From the NCBI RefSeq assembly GCF_006345805.1, contig NW_021829427.1, positions 1 to 6,242 on the forward strand: a stretch of DNA of 6,242 nt, written 5' to 3'. The notes below the pieces were generated by a model that saw only the letters and a list, made by a program, of their open reading frames with translations, was not told where the DNA came from and ran no database searches. Position 1 is the first letter of the stretch. Each line of letters begins with the position of its first letter. Positions 1-6,242 of the stretch are shown in pieces. The stretch is from Octopus sinensis (Eukaryota). The position numbers and the translations under genes are program-made.

Positions 1-1117
1 CTGAGATTTTTCGTAAGTTTTATGAGGTTATTCTGATGTTGTTATGTAGCCAGATGTCTGTCGTAATATTTGTATTTTCTGGGGGTGTGTACCCTCAATG
101 TCTCTGGTTAGATACATTTTGTAGTTGCAAATTAGAAAATTATAATTAAATGTTAACTCTGTATAAGAATATTCATCATGAACATAATTTATTAAATGTT
201 AAATTAAATATTGAACCGTGAACATCTGTTATATTTTAAACAAATTATTGGTGTTTATACAAAAATATACGATCATAATTGATATGACTTGAATACACAC
301 ATCTTTGTTTGTAACTATATATAATATAACACTTATTACATTGTTGAACAGCATTTACCATCCATATATCATTCTTTTCTCACTCTTGTTAGATTGTAGA
401 TGATATTAATGCTAAAAGAGGCACAGTTTTCTGAGTGTTTCACCCTTGGTCTTGATTGTTGCGTTCAAATTATTTAATGAAAGATAGTCATTGTTATTTG
501 ACCAGGAAATGAATTAATCATTAGTATTTGGCAGTGGACTTGGTTATATCTTTCTTCGTTTGCTCATGGAACTACCATAATATAGCTGTGCTGAGACACA
601 ATCATATTCATAGTAATGAAGGCTATATGTTCTTAACTCAGATTATATACAACTATATTGATATCTAGTATTGCACCGTCAAGCACAGTGCCATTGTATC
701 ACATATATACCCAATTATCATGATAATTAATAAGCTATAATTCATTACCTCTCTACATTTGTATGTCGAATGTTAACATATTTTTGTCATAGGAACATCG
801 TGTACCCTCACATTACATTTATATCTTGTTAGGGATCATGTTGGGGAAGGGTGTATGGAATTTGGCTTGTGGAGATGTTTTTAGGGGACAGATTGGTGCG
901 GGTTGGAGGGTATGCATATAAAGGACAGTCTTTATGGGGTGCAGTTTTACTTAATTAGAGAGGAATGTTGATTAGTGAATTCTAGATATGAGAGGACAGT
1001 GCCATGCCATAGATTTGGCAGTTATAAGAAAAGAAAGACAATGCTAAGAGAAAACTGTCATCAAGTGTTAATTAAATGAGATAATTGCAACATTGTTAGA
1101 ATATTTAATGTGTTTTT

Positions 1118-1149
1118 AGAGAGAGAGAGAGAACGAGAGAGGGAGAGGG
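1118..1149. repeat. Interrupted (AG)n microsatellite in copy A
   Basis: AGAGAGAGAGAGAGAACGAGAGAGGGAGAGGG; positional equivalent of the pure (AG)13 in copy B. Confidence 0.9.
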
Positions 1150-1363
1150 TGGATTTAGAAATGTTAGTCTGTTTTATTGTGGACATATTGAGCTACTACA
1201 TGGGACCACTGTAGAAAGTACAGAAATATTGACCAAAATCATAGTGGTCACATTTGACCATTAACGACAGGAATTGAATGTCTCACAATAAAAAGATAGA
1301 GTTTAATAAAAATAAAGATAAAAAGTTTCTTTTAAATGTAAAACTTGGAAATATTTATTTCAG

Positions 1364-1440
1364 AGGCTCCAAAGTTTGAAGACAGGTGTGTACAACAGAG
1401 GCTATATGTCAGGAATTAGGGGCTGCATCTCAGGCAATTG
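1364..1440 (+). other. Candidate internal exon, copy A (77 nt; 1-nt deletion relative to the copy B exon)
   Basis: Acceptor ATATTTATTTCAG (AG 1362-1363) and donor TTG|GTGAGT (1441-1446). TACAACAG here versus TACAAACAG in copy B shifts the phase-1 frame into a TAG stop. Could be a pseudo-exon or a homopolymer sequencing error. Confidence 0.45.
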
Positions 1441-1688
1441 GTGAGTATAAAATAATAGTTCCCAATTGATTTCTGTAAGGTTTTCTTCCCCCGAGTATAT
1501 CGTGCTCGAAAGAATAACTGAAAACAGCTTCCATTCCTATTTTCCAATTGAACGATTATCTGTATAATAATTGAATTAAAGAATCGATTTACTGAGAGTT
1601 ATGAAACACCCATTGAGGTTAATGCTGTTGGTAATAATGTTCAAATTAGAAGACACAATAGAGTTAATTTGTCATTTGGTCAAGAACT

Positions 1689-2096
1689 CATCATATCATC
1701 ATCAATCGTTTTAACGTCCGTTTTTATAGTACATGGGTCGGACGATTTCACTGGCAAGGCAGTAGGCTTGTGCCAGGCTCCAATGTGATCTGGCAAGGTT
1801 TCCACATATGTATGCCATTCCTAATGCCAACCACTTTCAAGAGTGGGTTGGGTGCCTTTTACGTGCCACCGACACAGGAGCCAGCCGGTGTGGGGGGCTG
1901 GCACCGACCACGTTCGGATGGTGCTTTTTACGTGCCACCGGCACAGGGAACAGTCAGTGGCAGTGACAAGGACCTATGCTTCTATGGTACTTATAACGTG
2001 ACACAGGAACAGTACCAGTCAGGCGGCACTGGCATCGGTCAAACTACAATTTCCATTTTGATTTCGATCTTGAATTGCTTTTGATTTGTCATTTCT
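1689..2096 (-). mobile_element. RTE-clade non-LTR retrotransposon 3' UTR fragment with degenerate (GAT)n tail, copy A
   Basis: Homologous to 4168-4600 and inserted after the same flank (AGAACT|CATCAT). GC-rich against an AT-rich background. Carries the ATGCCATTCCTAATGCCAACC motif and ~67-bp subrepeats. Confidence 0.88.
1851..2040. repeat. Three degenerate ~67-bp tandem subrepeats in the LINE 3' UTR (copy A)
   Basis: Units start GGTGCCTTTTACGTGCCACC (1851), GGTGCTTTTTACGTGCCACC (1920), GGTACTTATAACGTGACAC (1986). They explain the repeated GAFYVPP in the spurious ORF 1770-2084. Confidence 0.85.
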
Positions 2097-2240
2097 CTTA
2101 TTGCCTGGTGGTGGACTATGATGAAAACGAGGGGTTCAGGAATGATCCATTGAACTCCTACTTCTATCGGAAATCTTCACTATACTCATTGCCGATCCTC
2201 ACCTTACTACAGGGCCTCTTCAACTCTTATAATCGCTCGT

Positions 2241-2450
2241 CAATCCCTAGTTTCCGCATTAGCTGTAAAAAGGATTCTGTTAAATATTCCACTGAAATTT
2301 CATAAAATCAAGGTTAACGTGGTTGGTAAAATGGATAAATAAGAAGACATAATAGAGTTAATGATGTCTTTTAGGACAGAGAACTAAAACATTTTGTTGT
2401 TTATTTGTAAACAGGTGAGTTAACGAGAAAGTTTTTGTTTCTTTTACTAC
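2241..2450 (+). repeat. Highly diverged fragment of the repeat unit spanning the LINE-free (empty) site
   Basis: AGGTTAACGTGGTTGGTAAAATGGATAAATAAGAAGACATAATAGAGTTAATGATGTC...GAGAACT (2310-2385) resembles AGGTTAATGCTGTTGGTAATAATGTTCAAATTAGAAGACACAATAGAGTTAATTTGTC...AAGAACT (1616-1688). It continues with AAAACATTTT instead of (CAT)n. Confidence 0.65.
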
Positions 2451-3584
2451 TAAGGTCTTTCCAAAGTTTTCTGATAGGTTATTGTTGTTGTTATTGTTAT
2501 GTAGCCAGATGTCTGTCAGGATATGTTGTTTAGGTACGTACCCTGAATGTCTCAGGTCAGAATAACTTTGTTATAAATTAAAGAAATTAAAAATCAAATC
2601 TCTAAGATTGTAAGTATAATGATCATTAACGTTGATTAAATATTAAATTTAGTATTGAACGGTGAACATCTGTTTGCATTTAAACAAAATATTGGTGTTG
2701 ACATAAAATATAAAGATAGGAATTAAATATGAGTTCCCTGTGTGACTTGATCTCACAAATCCCTGTTTGTAACTATATATAATATACACTTATTACATTG
2801 TTTGAACAACATTTACCATCCATATAGTCATTCTTTTTCTCACTCTTGTTAGATTTTAGATGATTTAATGCTAAAAGAGGCACAGTTTTCTGAGTGTTTC
2901 ACACCCTTGGTCTTGATTGTTGAGTTCAAATTATTTAATGAAAGATAGTCATTGTTATTTGACCAGGAAATGAATTAATCATTATTATTTGGCAGTGGAC
3001 TTGGTTATATCTTTCTTCGTTTGCTCATGGAACTACCATAATATTAGCTGTGCTGAGACACAATCATATTCATAGTAATGAAGGTTATATGTTCTTTACT
3101 CAGATTATATACAATCTATATTGATATCTAGTATTGCACCGTCAGGCACTGTGCCATTGTATCACATATATACCCAATTATCATGATAATTAATAAGCTA
3201 TAATTCATTAACTCTCTTACATTTGTATGTCTGAAATGTTAACATATTTTGTCATAGGAACATCGTGTACCCTCACCTTACATTTTATATCTTGTTAGGG
3301 ATCATGGTGGGGAAGGGTGTTTGGAATTTGGCTTGTGGAGATGATTTTTAAGGGACAGATTGTGTGCGGGGTGGAGGGTATGTACATAAAGGACAGTCTT
3401 TATGACCTCAGTTTTACTTAATTAGAGAGGAATGTTGATTAGTGAATTCGAGAGATGAGAGGACAGTGCCATGCCATAGATTTGGCAGTTATAAGAAAAG
3501 AAAGACAAAGCTAAGAGAAAACTTTTATCAAGTGTTAATTAAATGAGATAATTGGTACATTGTTAGAATATTTAATGTGTTTCT

Positions 3585-3610
3585 AGAGAGAGAGAGAGAG
3601 AGAGAGAGAG
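3585..3610. repeat. (AG)13 microsatellite
   Basis: Perfect 26-bp AG run. Confidence 0.97.
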
Positions 3611-3837
3611 TAGTGAGGGTGGATTTAGAAATGTTAGTCTGTTTTATTGTGGTCATATTGAGCTATTACATGGGACCACTGTAGAAAGTACAGAAATATT
3701 GACCAAAACCATAATGGTCAACAGTTGACCAGTAACAACAGGAATTGAATGTCTCACAATAAAAAGATAGAGTTTAATAAAAACAAAGATAAAGAAATTT
3801 TATTATTAAATGTAAAACTTGGAAATATTTATTTCAG

Positions 3838-3915
3838 AGGCTCCAAAGTTTGAAGACAGGTGTGTACAAACAGAGGCTACATGTCAGGAATTAGGGGCTG
3901 CATCTCAGGCAATTG
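3838..3915 (+). CDS. Candidate 78-nt symmetric (phase 1-1) internal coding exon: xAPKFEDRCVQTEATCQELGAASQAI
   Basis: Acceptor ATATTTATTTCAG (3825-3837) and donor ATTG|GTGAGT (3916-3921). Length is a multiple of 3 and the phase-1 frame is open. Locally higher GC between AT-rich flanks. I do not recognise the peptide. Confidence 0.55.
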
Positions 3916-4166
3916 GTGAGTATAAAATAATAGTTCCCAATTGATTTCTGTAAGGTTTTCTTCCCCCGAGTATATTGTGCTTGAAAGAATAACTGAAAAC
4001 AGCTTCCATTCCTATTTTCCAATTGAACGATTATCTGTATAATAATTGTATTAAAGATATCGATTTACTGAGAGTTTATGAAATACTCATTGAGGTTAAT
4101 GCTGTTGGTAATAATGTTCAAATTAGAAGACAAAATAGTGTTAATTTTGTCATTTGGTCATAGAAC

Positions 4167-4167
<1 letters not shown>

Positions 4168-4212
<45 letters not shown>
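4168..4212. repeat. (CAT)15 microsatellite, the (GAT)n 3' tail of the LINE
   Basis: Perfect 45-bp run; source of the poly-His and poly-Asp in ORFs 4078-4269 and 4118-4333. Confidence 0.97.
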
Positions 4213-4352
4213 TTAACATCCGTTTCTTATGGCGGCATGGGTCGGACGATTTCACTGGCAAGGCAGTAGGCTGCGTCAGGCTGCAATGTGATCTGGCAAA
4301 GTTTCCACATATGTATGCCATTCCTAACGCCAACCACTCCGAGGGTGTGGTG

Positions 4353-4544
4353 GGTGCCTTTTACGTGCCACTGACAAAGGAGCTAGTCGGGGTGGGGGCT
4401 GGCATTGACCACGTTCGGAAGTTGCTTTTTGCGTGCCACCGGCACAGGGAACCAGTCGGGCGGCACTGGCAACAAACAATGTTTGAATGGTACTTATTAT
4501 GTGCCAACGGCACGGGTGCCAGCCAGGCGGCACTAGCATCGGCC
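4353..4544. repeat. Three degenerate ~68-bp tandem subrepeats in the LINE 3' UTR (copy B)
   Basis: Units start at 4353 (GGTGCCTTTTACGTGCCAC), 4421 (GTTGCTTTTTGCGTGCCAC) and 4489 (GGTACTTATTATGTGCCAAC). Confidence 0.85.
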
Positions 4545-4720
4545 GTAATTACAATTTCCATTTGGATTTCGATCTTGATTTGATTTTGATTTGTGATTTC
4601 TGATTTTTGGTTTTACTTGACTCAGAAATTCTTCTCAAGCGCAACTTATCACTCTGTGATTCAAGGGTACTTTTAAAAAGGGCTGGTTATGCACCACTGG
4701 TATAGGCTACAGATGTGATC

Positions 4721-5023
4721 TCACTTCACTTGCCAAGTCCTCTTAATCACGTCATATTTACAGAGGTCTCTGTCTCTTGCCATTACCTTTGTGAGGCCCA
4801 ACGTTCGAAGGTCGTTTCACCACGTCATCCCCTGTCTTCCTGGGCCACCCCTTTCCACGGGTTCGTTCCACTGTTAGGGTGTAACACTTCTTCCCACAGC
4901 TCTCCTCATCCATACACATGACCATACCAGTGCTGTTGTCTCTCCTGTACACCACATCTGATGCTTCTTATGTCTAACACTTCTCTCAGGCCTCTTCACT
5001 CTGCCTTGTGTACACACCGACAT
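4721..5023 (-). pseudogene. Frameshifted C-terminal remnant of the RTE endonuclease/reverse-transcriptase ORF
   Basis: Joined across three frameshifts: VGVYTRQSEEA / LREVLDIRSIRCGVQERQQHWYGHV / CMDEESCGKKCYTLTVERTRGKGWPRKTGDDVVK / DLRTLGLTKVMARDRDLCKYDVIKRTWQVK*, with stop at 4723-4721. Overlaps track ORF 4758-4955. Confidence 0.9.
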
Positions 5024-5273
5024 CGTTGCGTTCAAATTATTTAATGGAAGTTAGTCATTGTTATTTGACCGGGAAATGAATTAGTCATTAGTATTTGGCA
5101 GTGGACTTGGTTATATCTTTCTTCGTTTGCTCATGAACTACCATAATATTAGCTGTGCTGAGACACAATCATATTCATAGTAATGAAGGTATATGTTCTT
5201 TCTTTACTCAGATTATATCTCTATATTGATATCTAGTATTGCACCGTCAAGCACAGTGCCATTGTATCACATA

Positions 5274-5298
5274 CACTTGCGTCGGCAATTATTAGCAC
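5274..5298 (+). repeat. Left terminal inverted repeat of the Tc1 element
   Basis: CACTTGCGTCGGCAATTA-TTAGCAC versus reverse complement of right end CACTACCGTCAGAAATTAATTAGCAC: 21 of 26 columns identical. Confidence 0.88.
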
Positions 5299-5431
5299 GT
5301 CTCAAATTTCTACATTTTCTTACATTTTCTTAATTTAATTAACTTATTATCAGAAACGAACTCGTTTTTAATCAAATTTATTAAAACATATCCCAGCACC
5401 CCACATAATTGATATTAATCGTGAAATTTAG

Positions 5432-5791
5432 TCAATATCTTGTTGCCCTCCTTTGGCAGCAATGACAGCTGCTACGCGGGTCGGCATGCTGTCTATAGTG
5501 CCTGCAGGTACTGTGCAGGGATGGCCCCTCATGCAGCAAGAAGTGCCCCAAACAGCTCGTGTCGGTTCCTGTATTGCTGCACATTCAAATCCCTACCCAA
5601 TCGACTCAGAGGTTCTCAATAGGGTTCAGGTCAGGTACTGGCCAGCACGTACTCCTCGCCACCAAAGAGGTATCCCGTACTATCTCAACGTACTTTGCTG
5701 CGTGATGTTGCCTTCGACGGCTAGAGCCGCCCACACAACTGTAGCTGAACGCCCCTCACACCATCAGACCACCCCCACCATGCTTCATGGT
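5432..5791 (-). pseudogene. Tc1-family (DD34E-type) transposase catalytic-domain remnant
   Basis: Minus strand: TMKHGGGGLMV*GAFSY (5791-5741), AVEGNI / AAKYVEIVRD, WPVPDLNPIENL (5644-5609), RLGRDLNVQQYRNRHELFGALLAA*GAIPAQYLQAL, SMPTRVAAVIAAKGG (5490-5446) / ATRY* (stop 5434-5432). These match the Tc1 motifs KHGGGSxMVWG, WPxxSPDLNPIENLW and SMPxRxxAVIxAKGGxTKY. Confidence 0.92.
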
Positions 5792-5804
5792 GAGCAAATC
5801 AAGG

Positions 5805-5830
5805 GTGCTAATTAATTTCTGACGGTAGTG
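5805..5830 (-). repeat. Right terminal inverted repeat of the Tc1 element (5' end relative to the transposase)
   Basis: GTGCTAATTAATTTCTGACGGTAGTG followed by TA at 5831-5832. Confidence 0.88.
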
Positions 5831-6242
5831 TATATACCCATTATCATGATAATTAATAGCTATAATTCATTAACTCTCTTACATTTGTATGTCTGAAATG
5901 TAAACTTATTTTGTCATAGGAACATCGTGTACCCTCACCTTACATTTTATATCTTGTTAGGGATCATGGTGGGGAAGGGTGTATGGAATTTGGCTTGTGG
6001 AGATGTTTTTTAGGGGACAGATTGTGTGCGGGGTGGAGGGTATACACATAAAGGACATGTCTTTATGGGCTCAGTTTCACTTAATGAGAGAGGAATGTTG
6101 ATTAGTGAATTCTAGAGATGAGAGGACTGTGCCATGCCATAGGTTTGGCAGTTATAAGAAAAGAAAGACAAAGCTAAGAGGAAACTCTTATCAAGTGTTA
6201 ATTAAATGAGATAATTGCAACATTGTTAGAATATTTAATGTG

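Larger units (their letters stand above)
1..2096 (+). repeat. Tandem segmental repeat unit, copy A (runs off the left edge; includes LINE fragment 1689-2096)
   Basis: Collinear with ~2451-4600 at an offset of ~2455-2480. Anchors: GTTATGTAGCCAGATGTCTGTC at 41 and 2496; CAGAGGCTCCAAAGTTTGAAGACAGG at 1361 and 3835. By eye near-identical from ~305 to ~1690 and looser outside. Confidence 0.95.
2451..4600 (+). repeat. Tandem segmental repeat unit, copy B
   Basis: Collinear match to 1-2096 along its whole length, and to 5025-6242 once the Tc1 insertion is removed. Confidence 0.95.
4168..5023 (-). mobile_element. 5'-truncated RTE-clade LINE (~856 bp): ORF C-terminus, 3' UTR and (GAT)15 tail
   Basis: Minus-strand translation gives the RTE/BovB-type C-terminal motifs (HWYGHV..MDE, RG.G.PRKT.DDVV..DL..LGL, RDRDL). 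A 3' UTR and a short tandem-repeat tail follow, as typical of RTE elements. Confidence 0.9.
5274..5830 (-). mobile_element. Non-autonomous, internally deleted Tc1/mariner DNA transposon (557 bp) with TA target-site duplication
   Basis: The empty site in copies A and B is CACATATATACC; here it is CACATA-[element]-TATATACC, one extra TA. Imperfect TIRs at both ends and Tc1 transposase motifs inside. Confidence 0.93.
5025..6242 (+). repeat. Tandem segmental repeat unit, partial copy C (equivalent to 458-1112), interrupted by a Tc1 element
   Basis: 5025-5273 matches 458-704 (GTTGCGTTCAAATTATTTAATG...GTATCACATA). 5831-6242 matches ~703-1112 (TATATACCC...GAATATTTAATGTG). Confidence 0.95.

Noticed and set aside
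398-435. C/D-box snoRNA-like ATGAT...CTGA
   Set aside because: Imperfect C box, only ~35 nt long, no terminal stem.
528-700. miR-34-like (TGGCAGTG, ~528) and miR-92-like (TATTGCAC, ~669) seeds
   Set aside because: Only the seed matches; the 3' portions differ and I could not find a complementary arm for a pre-miRNA hairpin.
832-915. G-rich tract as a G-quadruplex, or an exon between TTGTTAG and GG|GTATG
   Set aside because: G-runs are separated by long loops and vary among copies. The donor is degraded in copy C (GTATAC) and indels differ between copies.
1851-2040. Possible CRISPR-like repeat-spacer array
   Set aside because: The intervening segments are homologous to each other, there are only three degenerate units, they lie in a LINE UTR, and there are no cas genes.
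1770-2084. 104-aa ORF with repeated GAFYVPP
   Set aside because: Antisense read-through of LINE 3' UTR subrepeats; start and frame are not conserved in copy B.
2075-2305. 76-aa ORF
   Set aside because: Non-ATG start, crosses the scrambled junction, no recognisable motif.
4078-4333. Poly-His (+) and poly-Asp (-) ORFs
   Set aside because: Translations of the (CAT)15 LINE tail; not preserved in copy A.
4311-4921. ORFs 4311-4583, 4324-4539, 4361-4561 and 4715-4921
   Set aside because: Chance frames in GC-richer LINE sequence, either UTR or antisense to the RTE ORF.
5440-5815. Plus-strand ORFs of 60 and 120 aa
   Set aside because: Antisense shadows of the minus-strand Tc1 transposase remnant.
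1-6242. Hammerhead ribozyme/retrozyme, tRNA or rRNA as the repeat unit
   Set aside because: I did not spot a CTGANGA...GAAA core with stems, a cloverleaf, or rRNA motifs by eye. An Infernal/Rfam scan would be the decisive test.

Overview
AT-rich eukaryotic (metazoan) non-coding or intronic DNA with no intact protein-coding gene and no prokaryotic features. The window is a head-to-tail tandem array of an ancestral ~1.75-kb unit: copy A (1-2096), copy B (~2451-4600), partial copy C (5025-end), plus a strongly diverged fragment at ~2241-2450. Two decayed transposons sit inside it. One is a minus-strand RTE-clade LINE 3' end with a (GAT)n tail, at the same site in copies A and B, with ORF C-terminus remnants in B. 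The other is a 557-bp internally deleted Tc1/mariner element with TIRs and a TA target duplication, only in copy C. Most ORFs in the supplied track are by-products of these repeats. The most interesting signal is a candidate 78-nt symmetric (phase 1-1) exon with consensus splice sites carried in the repeat unit, suggesting tandem exon duplication in a host gene. The LINE 3' UTR resembles a repeat I recall from octopus genomes (recall only, not a search). Part of 2097-2450 may be an assembly/consensus artefact. I find no convincing evidence of a wholly new biological system.
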